Shown: positions 1 to 9,214 of the stretch, piece by piece | Layout: the number at the start of each line of letters is the position of its first letter | Position numbering within the stretch: position 1 is the first letter of the stretch | Assembly: GCA_964434945.1 (NCBI GenBank) | Contig: CAYSWZ010000037.1 | Location: forward strand, 13,049-77,048 | Direction: 5' to 3' | Source: an uncultured bacterium | Lineage (GTDB): Bacteria > Eisenbacteria > RBG-16-71-46 | DNA: 64,000 nt | Made by a program: the position numbers and the translations under genes | The notes under the pieces: generated by a model | Seen by the model: the letters and a program-made list of their open reading frames with translations, nothing else | Database searches by the model: none | What the model was told of the DNA's origin: nothing

Positions 1-2
1 AC

Positions 3-518
3 GCCCATTTCCTCCGCTCGTTCCGCGCCACCACGAACGCCGCCGACGTGAAGATGGCGGCGTCGCAGCATCCGGTCTCCGTGCTCGCCAAGGCGGCGCT
101 CGCGGGGCAGAAGGCGAGCGAACAGCACACGGCCGAGGCGGTTGGCCCGGCGGCGCGTTTCGAGCTGGTGCAGCGCGCGATGGACCGTGCCGCCGACGAG
201 GCGGTGAACCAGCTCGAGCGGCACGTGGGATTCCTCGCCACCACGGGGAGCGTGGCGCCGTTTATCGGCCTCATGGGAACGGTGTGGGGCGTGATGGTGT
301 CGTTCGTCAACATCGGCGCCCAGGGGTCCGCGACGCTCGTGGTGGTCGCGCCCGGCATCGCCGAGGCGCTCATCGCCACCATCGCCGGTCTCGCCGCCGC
401 GATCCCGTCGGTGATCGGCTACAACCACTGCCTCGGCAAGCTGCGCGAGATCGGCCACAACGCGGCGCAGTTCACGAGCGAGTACGTCGACCGGCGGCTC
501 GGGGCGCGCCACTCGTGA
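3..518 (+). CDS. tolQ: MotA/TolQ/ExbB proton channel protein (5' truncated by window edge)
   Basis: Frame open from the window start. Contains [20 protein letters not shown] and [14 protein letters not shown], the TolQ/ExbB TM motifs. First gene of a tol-pal cluster. Confidence 0.9.
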   Translation, partial: AHFLRSFRATTNAADVKMAASQHPVSVLAKAALAGQKASEQHTAEAVGPAARFELVQRAMDRAADEAVNQLERHVGFLATTGSVAPFIGLMGTVWGVMVSFVNIGAQGSATLVVVAPGIAEALIATIAGLAAAIPSVIGYNHCLGKLREIGHNAAQFTSEYVDRRLGARHS

Positions 519-916
519 AGCTCCAGGCGCAGCGCGGCCCGATGGCGGAGATCAACGTGACGCCGCTCGTGGACGTGGTGCTCGTCCTGCTCATCATCTT
601 CATGGTCACCGCGCCGTTCCTCCAGGGCGGGCTCGAGGTCGACCTGCCGAAAGTCGCCGCCCACAGTCTCGACGTGCACGAGGGATTGATCGTGAGCGTG
701 CGCCGCGGCGGCGAGATTGCGGTGGGCGAGCGGGTCGTGCCCTCGGGCCAGTTCGAGGATGCGCTCCGTCGCGCGCACGCCGCCTCGCGGCCGGTGTACC
801 TGAAGGCGGACCGGAGCGTGCCGTACGGCGAGATCGTCACGCTCATCGCGCGCCTGCGCCGTGCGGGCATCGCCTCGCTCGGACTCGTGACGCAGCCGGC
901 CGAGGAGTCGCAGTAG
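515..916 (+). CDS. tolR: TolR/ExbD biopolymer transport protein
   Basis: [23 protein letters not shown] signature and [13 protein letters not shown] start overlaps the tolQ stop (GTGA). Confidence 0.9.
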   Translation: MKLQAQRGPMAEINVTPLVDVVLVLLIIFMVTAPFLQGGLEVDLPKVAAHSLDVHEGLIVSVRRGGEIAVGERVVPSGQFEDALRRAHAASRPVYLKADRSVPYGEIVTLIARLRRAGIASLGLVTQPAEESQ

Positions 917-1591
917 GTGAAGGGCACGATCGTGGGATCGGCCGCGATCCACATCGCGCTCCTCGCGGGGCTGCTCGTCCTGCCGCCGAGTCGCACGATC
1001 GTGTTGCCGGGGCCGGACGTCGTCCAGGTCGCGCTCGTCGGCGAGCCGGCGCCCGAGCCTCCGCCGGCGCCGGTCGTGAAGCCGACCGACACGGTGACGC
1101 CCGACGAGACGAAGGGCATCCAGATCCAGAAGCCGCGTGCAAAGCCGAAGCCGGTCGTGAAGCAGGCGCCGAAGCCGGTCGAGCCCGTCGCGAAGGCGCC
1201 GCCGCCGGCGGAGCCGGCGCCCCCGCGCCCGACGACGGCCCGCACCGTCCTGCCCTACACCCCGGTCGCGAACGGTCTCTCGGGACAGGTCGCGGTGGAC
1301 GACGTCAACTTCGAGTTCGCCTACTACCTGCAGATGGTCCGCACGCAGATCGCCGCCAACTGGACGCCGCCGGCCGGAGCCACCGCCGGCATGCGGGCCG
1401 AGGTGTACTTCCGCGTCGCGCGCTCCGGCGCGGTCTCGGGACTCCGCCTCGACGTCGGGAGCGGCAACGGGGTGTTCGACGAGTCCGCGCTCCGCGCCGT
1501 GGTCATCACGGAACAACTGCCGCCCTTGCCGCTCGGATACCCCGGCGCGGACCTCGGCATCCACTTCGGGTTCGAATACACGGGGCCATGA
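917..1591 (+). CDS. tolA: TolA/TonB-family energy transducer
   Basis: N-terminal TM with SxxxH (SAAIH), Pro/Lys-rich linker, TonB_C-like domain (NWTPP...FDESALRAV). Lies between tolR and tolB. Confidence 0.75.
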   Translation: MKGTIVGSAAIHIALLAGLLVLPPSRTIVLPGPDVVQVALVGEPAPEPPPAPVVKPTDTVTPDETKGIQIQKPRAKPKPVVKQAPKPVEPVAKAPPPAEPAPPRPTTARTVLPYTPVANGLSGQVAVDDVNFEFAYYLQMVRTQIAANWTPPAGATAGMRAEVYFRVARSGAVSGLRLDVGSGNGVFDESALRAVVITEQLPPLPLGYPGADLGIHFGFEYTGP

Positions 1592-2874
1592 TGCGACGCT
1601 GGCTGCGGAGACGGCTGCTCGACGGCGGGGTGGGGCTGGGCGTGCTCGCGGGCGCGGCGTGCCTCGCTCGCGCACAAGGCACCGACGTGCGCATCAACGT
1701 CCAGAGCGGGGCGGTCGCGCGCCTGCCGCTCCAGTGCGAGGCGCTGGCGGGCCCCGCGGCGCCTCCCGTGCGCGCGCGCGACGCCGACGAGGTGCTCGCG
1801 AACGATCTCCAGACCTCGGCGGTGTTCGCCGTGAACCGGATGTGGGCCGCCGATCCATCGGCGGCGGCGCCGCAGTTCGTGTCCTCCGGCACGTGGAGCG
1901 TGTCCGGTTCCTCGATCCGCCTGCACGGCGAGCTGCGCGACTTTCCCGCGCGCCGCCCGATCCTGGTGCGGGACTACGACGGCACGGTCGGCGAGTGGCG
2001 GCGCGTGCTGCACCGGTTCAGCGACGACTGCGTGCAGCAGATCACCGGCGAGCGGGGCGTGGCCGACACGCGCATCGCGTTCGTGTCGCCCGAGGGGCAC
2101 GACAAGGAACTGTGGCTCATGGACGCGGACGGGTTCGGTGCGCACGCGCTCACCGCCGACCACTCGATCGCGCAGTCGCCGTCGTGGTCTCCCGAGGGTT
2201 CGCTGCTGCTGTTCACGTCGTGGCGCGGCGGGAGCGGCCCGCAGATCTGGGTGATGTCGCCGGAGCAGCGCAAGCCGTTCCTCGTCTCGGGCCGGCCCGG
2301 GCTCAATACCAGCGCGTCGTACGCCCCCGATGGCCAGCACATCGTGTGCACGCTGTCGCAGGACGGGAACGCGGAGCTCTACTCCCTCGACGCGCGCGGC
2401 GGGAGCCCGCTCCGGCTCACGAACCATCGCTCCATCGACACCTCGCCGAGCTGGTCGCCGACCGGGCGCGAGATCGCGTTCACCTCGGACCGCTCCGGCA
2501 ATCCGCAGGTCTACGTCATGGACTCCGACGGCAGCACCGTACGCCGGCTCACGTTCGACGTGGACTACACCGATTCGCCGGCATGGTCGCCGAAAGGGGA
2601 CCGGCTTTCGTTCGTGACCCGCGTCGGCGGCGGGTTCGACATCTGGACCTGCCGGGCCGACGGGACCGGCGCAAAGCCGGTCGTGACCGGCGGCAACAAC
2701 GAGAACCCCCGCTGGTCCGCCGACGGCCGCCACATCGTGTTCGCTTCGAACCGCGATGGGGCGTACGGTCTGTGGGTCACGGACCTGGACGGGATGCTGC
2801 CCCGGAAGCTGGACACCGGCGGTCGCCGCGCGCTGTCCCCGGCCTGGTCCCCTCGTCGCTCGACCGGGCCCTGA
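1588..2874 (+). CDS. tolB: Tol-Pal beta-propeller protein TolB
   Basis: TolB N-domain followed by repeated PD40 motifs (SPSWSPEG, SPSWSPTG, SPAWSPKG, NPRWSADG). Confidence 0.9.
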   Translation: MMRRWLRRRLLDGGVGLGVLAGAACLARAQGTDVRINVQSGAVARLPLQCEALAGPAAPPVRARDADEVLANDLQTSAVFAVNRMWAADPSAAAPQFVSSGTWSVSGSSIRLHGELRDFPARRPILVRDYDGTVGEWRRVLHRFSDDCVQQITGERGVADTRIAFVSPEGHDKELWLMDADGFGAHALTADHSIAQSPSWSPEGSLLLFTSWRGGSGPQIWVMSPEQRKPFLVSGRPGLNTSASYAPDGQHIVCTLSQDGNAELYSLDARGGSPLRLTNHRSIDTSPSWSPTGREIAFTSDRSGNPQVYVMDSDGSTVRRLTFDVDYTDSPAWSPKGDRLSFVTRVGGGFDIWTCRADGTGAKPVVTGGNNENPRWSADGRHIVFASNRDGAYGLWVTDLDGMLPRKLDTGGRRALSPAWSPRRSTGP

Positions 2875-2928
2875 ACCTCGTCATCGCTCGATTCAAGAGT
2901 CCCAGCCCGCTAACAAGGAGGTTTCATC

Positions 2929-3465
2929 ATGAGAATGCGCCCCCGCCACATCGCGGTCGCGCTCGTCGCGCTGCTCGCGATCGCAGCCTCCGGCTGCGCC
3001 AAGAAGCCCGCGAAGACGCCGCCGGTGCCGGCTGCGTCGACCGAGACCCCGACGCCGACGCCCACGCCCACGCCGACGCCACCTCCCACGCCTCCCCCGC
3101 CGGCGCCGGAGCCGCCCAAGCCCCAGGTGACCGCTCACGATCTCCAGATCGTCTACTTCGCCTACGACTCCTTCACGCTCGACGATGCGGCGCGCGCGGT
3201 GCTCGACAGCAACGCGAAGCTGCTCCGGGACAACTCCGGGCTCAACGTCTCGCTGGACGGGCACACGGACGAACGCGGCACGGTCGAATACAACCAGGCG
3301 CTCGGGCAGAAGCGCGCCGAGGCCGTGCAGCAGTACCTGACCGACGCCGGCATCCCCGCCGCGCGCTTCCGCGTCATCTCGTACGGCAAGGAGCGGCCGG
3401 CCGACGAGGGCCACGACGAGGCGGCGTGGGCCAAGAACCGCCGCGTGGAGTTCACCGCGCGATGA
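2929..3465 (+). CDS. pal: Peptidoglycan-associated lipoprotein Pal
   Basis: SD AAGGAGG, lipobox ASGC, Thr-Pro linker, OmpA-like domain (GHTDERGTVEYNQALGQKRA, SYGKERP, NRRVE). Confidence 0.95.
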   Translation: MRMRPRHIAVALVALLAIAASGCAKKPAKTPPVPAASTETPTPTPTPTPTPPPTPPPPAPEPPKPQVTAHDLQIVYFAYDSFTLDDAARAVLDSNAKLLRDNSGLNVSLDGHTDERGTVEYNQALGQKRAEAVQQYLTDAGIPAARFRVISYGKERPADEGHDEAAWAKNRRVEFTAR

Positions 3466-4325
3466 GGGGGCCACGGCGCGTGCCCGGCGACCCCCGGGCC
3501 GGCGGAATGCGGGCGGGACGCACAGCGGCCGTGGCAGGCCTGCTGCTCGTCTCGAGCCTCGGCACGCCGGGCTGCTACACCACGCAGATGACGCTGCTCA
3601 AGTCCGGGCTCGACAGCCTGCGCGTGCAGGTGGATCGAATGGAGGTGCGCGATTCGGTGAGTGCCGCGACGCTCGAGGACACGCGCCGCGAACTGGCCGA
3701 GCAGAGGGACGTGCTGCTCGCCACGCGCGCCACGTCGTCCAGCGCCTCGCGGGAGACCGGAGAGACGCTCGGGCGGCTCGAGGGCAAGCTCGACGACATC
3801 ATGGCGCGCTTCCGCATCCAGTCCGAGCGGGCGCCGGCGCCGCGCTCGGGCGATTCGGCGCCCGCCGGGACGCCGCCGGCGGGCAGCAGCACCGGTTCCA
3901 TCGCGAAGGGAGGCGCTGCCGCGACGACGGGCGGCGCCGCCGCCGCCGGACCGGATCCCAACCAGCTCTACGACCAGGCCACCCAGGACCTGACGTCGGG
4001 CCGCTATGCGCTCGCGCTCGGGAGCTACCGCGACTACCTGCGGCGCTTTCCCGACACCGACCTCGCCGACAACGCACAGTACGGCGCGGGCGAGTGTTTC
4101 TTCGCCCAGTCCCAGTTCGACAGCGCGCTCGTCGAATACAACCGCGTCGGTGCACGCTGGCCGGCGGGGGATCGGGCACCGGCGGCACTGTACAAGGTGG
4201 GGCTGTGCCAGGATCGCCTCGGCCGCGCCGCGGACGCCAAGAAGACGTTCGAGAACCTGGTGAAGCGGTTCCCGCAGAGCGGCGAATCGCAACTGGCTCG
4301 TGATCGTCTCGCCACGAAGCCCTGA
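3462..4325 (+). CDS. cpoB: Tol-Pal system protein CpoB/YbgF (coiled coil + TPR)
   Basis: ATGA overlap with pal (alternative ATG at 3507). Lipoprotein-like PGC, coiled coil, TPRs (DNAQYGAGECFF, ALYKVGLC, LVKRFPQS). Confidence 0.85.
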   Translation: MRGPRRVPGDPRAGGMRAGRTAAVAGLLLVSSLGTPGCYTTQMTLLKSGLDSLRVQVDRMEVRDSVSAATLEDTRRELAEQRDVLLATRATSSSASRETGETLGRLEGKLDDIMARFRIQSERAPAPRSGDSAPAGTPPAGSSTGSIAKGGAAATTGGAAAAGPDPNQLYDQATQDLTSGRYALALGSYRDYLRRFPDTDLADNAQYGAGECFFAQSQFDSALVEYNRVGARWPAGDRAPAALYKVGLCQDRLGRAADAKKTFENLVKRFPQSGESQLARDRLATKP

Positions 4326-4362
4326 CGGGGGACCCAGAGCAGCCGTCGACCGGAGCGCGAGG

Positions 4363-6063
4363 GTGAGGCTTGCCCTCGCGCTCGTCCTGTCTGCGGGGCT
4401 CTGCCCGGTCACGGCGGCCCGCGCACAGGGGATTCCCGACAGCGTGCGAACCACGCCGCCGGACCCCGCGGACGGGTCCGCCCGGGTCCGGGCGGAAATG
4501 GCGTTCGGGCCCGCCGACGACAGCACGGTGCGCGCGCGCTGCGAGGGCGCCGTGATCCGGCAGGTCGATGTCCAGTGCCTCGACATCTTCGACCCCGTGC
4601 CGGTGGGACGGTTCTCCGGGATCTACAGCGGCATGAACAAGCTGCACATTCGCACCCGTTCGAGCACGGTGCGCTCGCTCGTGCTCGTCGAGCCCGGGCA
4701 GGTCTGGAATTCCGACCGCATCCTCGAGACCGAGCGGCTGCTGCGCCAGGTCGAGTACCTCGAGCCCGCGGTCATCCGCTCGCGGCTCGTGAACGACTCG
4801 GTCGACGTCCAGGTGGTCACGCACGACCAGTGGACGACGCAACCCGAGCTGAACCTCGAGCGCGGCGGCGGCGTCACGTACGGCTCGGTGGGATTCAGCG
4901 AGCGGAACCTGCTCGGGATGGGCCTCGGGCTGTCGCTGGCCTACCGCAACGAGCCCACCGGTCACACGCGGTCGGCGGAGCTCTCCAGCCGGCGGCTGTT
5001 CGGATCGCAGCTCGAGGGCCAGCTCAAGGCCGCCAGCGGCACGACCGGCACTTCCGACGCCGTCGCGCTGGGTGAACCCTTCCGCTCGCTCGACGACCCG
5101 CGGTCATGGTCGGCCTCGTGGTGGCGGACGAACGCGGAGCAGCTCCTGTTCAGCAGCGGGTCCGTGGTCGCGAGCTTCCCGTTCCGGTTCGAACAGGCCA
5201 CGGCCGAGCGCGGCTTCGGACATGTCTTCCCCGACGGACAGGTGCGCCGGTACACGCTGGGGATGGCGCTCTACGATCGCAATTACGGCCCGACCGTCGC
5301 CTCACCCAACGTGCCCGTCACGTTCCCCGGAGGCGAGGAGGAGCTGAAGATGCGCTGGGCGTTCGGGCGCGCGACGTTCTGGACGCCGCACTGGATCGAG
5401 CGCCGGGGCATCGAGATGTTCGACCAGGTCGAGGACTTCGACGTGGGCTCCCTGGTGAGCCTGGAGGGCGGGATGGTGATGCGCATGCTCGGCAGCACCG
5501 CCGACGAGGCCATCGCCAAGCTGCGCTTCGAGACCGGGACCGAGACCCGGCGCTTCGGCTTCGGCTACGCGCACGCGTTGATGTCCACGCGCATCCGCGG
5601 CGGCCCGCTTGAGACGCTCGCGCACATCGACTCGCGCTGGATCCAGCAGCCTTCGCAGAGCGTGACGCTGGTGGTGGCGGCGCTGGGGGAATCCGCCGAC
5701 CGCGCCCCGCGCGAGGTGCAGTACATCATCGGGGGCTTGAACGGCCTGCGCGCCTACCCGGTGCAGGCGCTCGCCGGCACCCAGGTCTGGCGCTTGAACG
5801 GCGAGACACGCTGGGTCGCAGCCCGGGACGTCCTGAGCCTGGTGAGCTTGGGCGGAGCCGCGTTCGTGGACGCGGCGCGGGCGTGGGGGCCGGGCAGCAA
5901 CGGGGAGCCCTGGCACCACGACGCGGGCTTCGGTCTGCGGCTGTCGTTCCCGCACGCGGCGATGCACCAGGTGGCCCGCTTCGACGTCGCGTTCCCCCTG
6001 TCGCCGACGCGCGACGGACGCCGCGAAGCGGTATTCTCGTTCGGCTCGTCGCAGGCCTTCTGA
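4363..6063 (+). CDS. Omp85/BamA-TamA family outer-membrane beta-barrel with POTRA-like N-terminus
   Basis: Signal peptide, POTRA-like segment (ILETERLLRQVEYL...DVQVVTHDQW), loop-6-like GLRAYP, DAGFGLRL, terminal Phe. Start inferred at GTG 4363. Confidence 0.75.
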   Translation: MRLALALVLSAGLCPVTAARAQGIPDSVRTTPPDPADGSARVRAEMAFGPADDSTVRARCEGAVIRQVDVQCLDIFDPVPVGRFSGIYSGMNKLHIRTRSSTVRSLVLVEPGQVWNSDRILETERLLRQVEYLEPAVIRSRLVNDSVDVQVVTHDQWTTQPELNLERGGGVTYGSVGFSERNLLGMGLGLSLAYRNEPTGHTRSAELSSRRLFGSQLEGQLKAASGTTGTSDAVALGEPFRSLDDPRSWSASWWRTNAEQLLFSSGSVVASFPFRFEQATAERGFGHVFPDGQVRRYTLGMALYDRNYGPTVASPNVPVTFPGGEEELKMRWAFGRATFWTPHWIERRGIEMFDQVEDFDVGSLVSLEGGMVMRMLGSTADEAIAKLRFETGTETRRFGFGYAHALMSTRIRGGPLETLAHIDSRWIQQPSQSVTLVVAALGESADRAPREVQYIIGGLNGLRAYPVQALAGTQVWRLNGETRWVAARDVLSLVSLGGAAFVDAARAWGPGSNGEPWHHDAGFGLRLSFPHAAMHQVARFDVAFPLSPTRDGRREAVFSFGSSQAF

Positions 6064-6136
6064 GCGCGCGCGGCCGATCGGGCCGTGGCCGCTCCGCCGC
6101 TCACCGAACGCACCCGATCGATGTCCGGAGACCGCC

Positions 6137-6619
6137 ATGGAACTCACCGCCGTGCCGTTGGTGTTCCCCACCGACTGCAACGTGATCGTGGGACAGTCGC
6201 ACTTCATCAAGACCGTCGAGGACCTGGCCGAGATCGTGGCGACCACCGTGCCGACGGCGCGATTCGGGCTCGCGTTCTGCGAGGCCTCCGGTCCGTGCCT
6301 GGTGCGCACCGAGGGCAACAACCTCGAGCTGACCGCGATCGCGGCGGCGCAGGCCATGGCGGTCGGCGCCGGGCATGCGTTCTTCCTGGTGCTGCGCGGC
6401 GCGTACCCCATCAACGTGCTGCCCGCGATCAAGCAGTGCCAGGAGGTGTGCCGCGTGTTCTGCGCCACCGCGAATCCCGTGCAGGTGCTGGTGGCGGCCA
6501 CCGAGCAGGGGCGGGGGGTCGTCGGGGTGGTGGATGGTTCGCCGCCGACCGGGATCGAGGACGACGCGGCGAAGGCCCAGCGCCACGCGTTCCTGCGCAC
6601 CATCGGCTACAAGCGGTGA
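6137..6619 (+). CDS. Adenosine-specific kinase family protein (DUF355)
   Basis: GQSHFIKTVEDL, FGLAFCEASG, GHAFF, PINVL, CATANP, GVVDG: family-typical motifs. Confidence 0.85.
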   Translation: MELTAVPLVFPTDCNVIVGQSHFIKTVEDLAEIVATTVPTARFGLAFCEASGPCLVRTEGNNLELTAIAAAQAMAVGAGHAFFLVLRGAYPINVLPAIKQCQEVCRVFCATANPVQVLVAATEQGRGVVGVVDGSPPTGIEDDAAKAQRHAFLRTIGYKR

Positions 6620-7446
6620 GCCTGCTCCGGTTCGGCACCTCGGGCATCCCGCGCAGCAGTGCCCGGCCCGGGACCGTGCACGGGATCCGGCGTGCGCGCG
6701 AGCTGGGGCTCGATCACCTCGAGATGGCCTGGGTCAACGGCGTGCGCATGTCGGACGCCTCGGCCGACGCGATCGCCGCCGCCGCCCGCGAGCACGACCT
6801 GACGCTCACCGCGCACGCGCCGTACTACGTGAACCTGTGCGGCGAGCCGGACGTGGTCGAGCGGAGCCGCGCGCGCCTCGTGGAGGCCGGCCGGCTCGGC
6901 GTCCGCTGTGGCGCGGCCTCGTTCTGCTTCCACGCCGGCTTCTACGGCAAGCTCGGAGCGGCGGAGGCGAACCGTCGCGTCCAGCGCGAGCTGGTGCGCG
7001 TCACGGGCGCGCTGCGCAAGCGCGGTCTCGGGATCGACGTGCGGGCCGAGCTGACGGGCAAGGCCTCGCAGGTGGGGGCACTCGAGGAGGTGCTCGAATG
7101 GAGCGCGCGCGTGCCCGGGGTGCTACCCTGCGTGGACTTCTCGCACCGCTACGCGCGGGATGTCGGCCGGCACAATCGCTACGCTGATTTTGCGGCCACG
7201 CTCGCCGCGATCGAGGCGAAGCTCGGGCGCGCGGCGCTCGACCGGCTGCACGTCCACATCTCGGGCATCCAGTTCGGCCCCAAGGGGGAGCGGAGGCACG
7301 AGCCGCTGCGCGAGACGAAGTTCCGCTGGAAGGAGCTGCTGAGGGCACTGCGGGACATGCGCGTGGGCGGCTGGGTCGTGTGCGAGAGCCCGTGCATGGA
7401 GGACGACGCGCTGCTGCTGCAGAAGACCTACAAGCGACTGAGGTGA
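6616..7446 (+). CDS. AP endonuclease 2 / endonuclease IV-like TIM-barrel protein
   Basis: Metal-ligand pattern HAPYYVNL, FHAG, ELTGK, DFSH, HVHISG, ERRH, CESP. GTGA-coupled to the upstream gene. Confidence 0.8.
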   Translation: MSLLRFGTSGIPRSSARPGTVHGIRRARELGLDHLEMAWVNGVRMSDASADAIAAAAREHDLTLTAHAPYYVNLCGEPDVVERSRARLVEAGRLGVRCGAASFCFHAGFYGKLGAAEANRRVQRELVRVTGALRKRGLGIDVRAELTGKASQVGALEEVLEWSARVPGVLPCVDFSHRYARDVGRHNRYADFAATLAAIEAKLGRAALDRLHVHISGIQFGPKGERRHEPLRETKFRWKELLRALRDMRVGGWVVCESPCMEDDALLLQKTYKRLR

Positions 7447-7526
7447 GCCCGGCGCCGCCGTGCGCCCGGGAGGCGGCCCCTGGGCCGCGACACCCACAGG
7501 AGGCGGCCCCCGGCCGCAAAGCGCAG

Positions 7527-8174
7527 ATGCCGCTCGAAAACCGTACGTTTCACGACGTGGGACCGTTCGGCAACAACGTCTACCTGATCAGCGACCCGGC
7601 GACGCGCGAGACCGCGGTGGTCGACGTGGGCTTTGAGCCCGAGCGCATCCTCGAGCGGCTGGCGCGCGAGCGACTGCGCGTGCGCTGGCTGCTCGCCACG
7701 CATGCCCACTACGATCACGTCGCGGCGATGCTGCCGGTGCAGCGCGCGGTCGGAGGGGAGTTCGCACTGCATGCGGAAGACCGGCCGCTGCTTGCGGCGA
7801 TCGCGATGCAGGGCTCGATGTTCGGCCTCCCGCCCGTGGACGTGCCCGAGGTTGCGCTGGAGCTGGCGGGTGGCATGCTGCTCCCGCTCGGCGAGCAAAC
7901 GCTCGAAGTCCTGCACACGCCCGGGCACTCGCCGGGGCACGTCACGTTCCGGCACGGCGACACGGTCTGGTCGGGCGACGTGCTGTTCGCCGGCTCGGTC
8001 GGGCGCACGGACCTGCCCGGCTGCTCGTGGGAAGCGCTCGAGCGCAGCATCAAGGAGGTGTTGTTCCCGCTCGGCGACGCGGTGAGGGTGCTGCCCGGGC
8101 ACGGGCCCGCGACCACGATCGGGGTCGAGCGGCGAAGCAATCCGTTCGTGGGCGAAGCGGCGGGGTTCCGTTGA
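7527..8174 (+). CDS. MBL-fold metallo-hydrolase (glyoxalase II/YcbL-like)
   Basis: THAHYDH, HTPGHSPGH, SGDVLF, PGHG. An in-frame GTG at 7443 overlapping the upstream stop could add an N-terminal extension. Confidence 0.88.
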   Translation: MPLENRTFHDVGPFGNNVYLISDPATRETAVVDVGFEPERILERLARERLRVRWLLATHAHYDHVAAMLPVQRAVGGEFALHAEDRPLLAAIAMQGSMFGLPPVDVPEVALELAGGMLLPLGEQTLEVLHTPGHSPGHVTFRHGDTVWSGDVLFAGSVGRTDLPGCSWEALERSIKEVLFPLGDAVRVLPGHGPATTIGVERRSNPFVGEAAGFR

Positions 8175-9214
8175 CCGACCGCCACCTGGACTGGCCGGCG
8201 CGCCTCGCGCTCCACCCGAGCGCGTTCGTGGCGCCGGGCGCGACCGTGGTCGGAGAGGTCTCGCTCGGCGAGCGGTCGAGCGTGTGGTTCGGGAGCGTGC
8301 TGCGCGGCGACGGCGCGCCGATCACCATTGGCGCGTTCACGAACATCCAGGACCTGACGCTCGTCCACGTCGATGCCGACGCACCCACGATCGTCGGCGA
8401 CCGCGTCACCGTTGGGCACCGCGCCATCGTCCACGGCTGTACGATCGGCGACGACTGCCTGGTCGGCATGGGCGCGATCGTGCTGTCGAAGGCGAGCGTC
8501 GGGGCGGGTTCGCTGGTGGGCGCGGGCGCGCTCGTGACCGAGGGCCAGCACATCCCGCCCGGCTCGCTGGTGCTGGGTTCGCCCGCGCGCGTGCTGGGCC
8601 CGGTGAAGGATTCCCACCGCGCCGCGATCGCCGAGGGTGCGAAGCACTATGCGGAACTCGCGGAGACCTACCGCGCGCGTGGGTTCGCGCGGCCGTTCCC
8701 GCCCGCGGGGAGCGTCACCGGCATCACCGCGGTCGGCCGCGGTCCGATGTCCTGGTCCGAGTGGGGCGCCTGCCTCGCGGCGCTGGCCGAGAGCCCGGAC
8801 TGGGTCACCGAGCGGCTCGCGGCATCGCCCGCGCGGGTCTCGGTGCGCACGGCGCCCGGGCGCTGGAGCGCACTCGAGGTGCTGGCGCACCTGCGCGACG
8901 GCGACCGCGACGTCTACCTGCCGCGACTGGAGACCCTGCTCACGCACCCGATGCCTGCGATCGCCGACGTGGACCTGCTCGGCCGGGCGCGGATCGCGGG
9001 CTACGCCGGGCTCGAAGCCGGCCCGCTCCTCGGCGAGTGGCGGGAGCTCCGGAAGCGGCTCGTGGCCCGGCTCGCGCCGCTCGGCCGCGAGGATTGGGCG
9101 CGCGTGGGCGTTCACTCTCTGCGCGGTGCGTTCCCGCTCGGCGACATGGTGCGGAGCTGGGTGGAGCACGACCTGTCGCATCGCCGGCAGCTCTCGCTGG
9201 GGCTCGCGCCGTGA
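8171..9214 (+). CDS. Gamma-carbonic anhydrase family domain fused to C-terminal DinB_2/S-transferase-like domain
   Basis: N-half: hexapeptide repeats, NIQD, VHVD, VGHRAIVHG. C-half: WSALEVLAHLRD ... VEHDLSHRRQL (DinB His triad). TTG start overlaps the upstream stop. Confidence 0.8.
   Translation: MTDRHLDWPARLALHPSAFVAPGATVVGEVSLGERSSVWFGSVLRGDGAPITIGAFTNIQDLTLVHVDADAPTIVGDRVTVGHRAIVHGCTIGDDCLVGMGAIVLSKASVGAGSLVGAGALVTEGQHIPPGSLVLGSPARVLGPVKDSHRAAIAEGAKHYAELAETYRARGFARPFPPAGSVTGITAVGRGPMSWSEWGACLAALAESPDWVTERLAASPARVSVRTAPGRWSALEVLAHLRDGDRDVYLPRLETLLTHPMPAIADVDLLGRARIAGYAGLEAGPLLGEWRELRKRLVARLAPLGREDWARVGVHSLRGAFPLGDMVRSWVEHDLSHRRQLSLGLAP

Noticed and set aside
1588-1680. Twin-arginine (Tat) signal on TolB (RRWLRRRLL)
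   Set aside because: Lacks the S/T-RR-x-F-L-K consensus. Arg-rich n-regions are common in GC-rich genomes, and TolB is normally Sec-exported.
3043-3110. Short-period repeats (ACGCCG/ACGCCC) as a DNA repeat or CRISPR-like array
   Set aside because: They encode the Thr-Pro linker of Pal. There are no spacers and no cas genes.
1659-4325. 888-aa, 1058-aa (38798-41974) and 1011-aa (51843-54878) ORFs as giant fusion proteins
   Set aside because: Only their 3' parts are real (cpoB, nfeD, AttH-like). The 5' parts are off-frame read-through of neighbouring genes.
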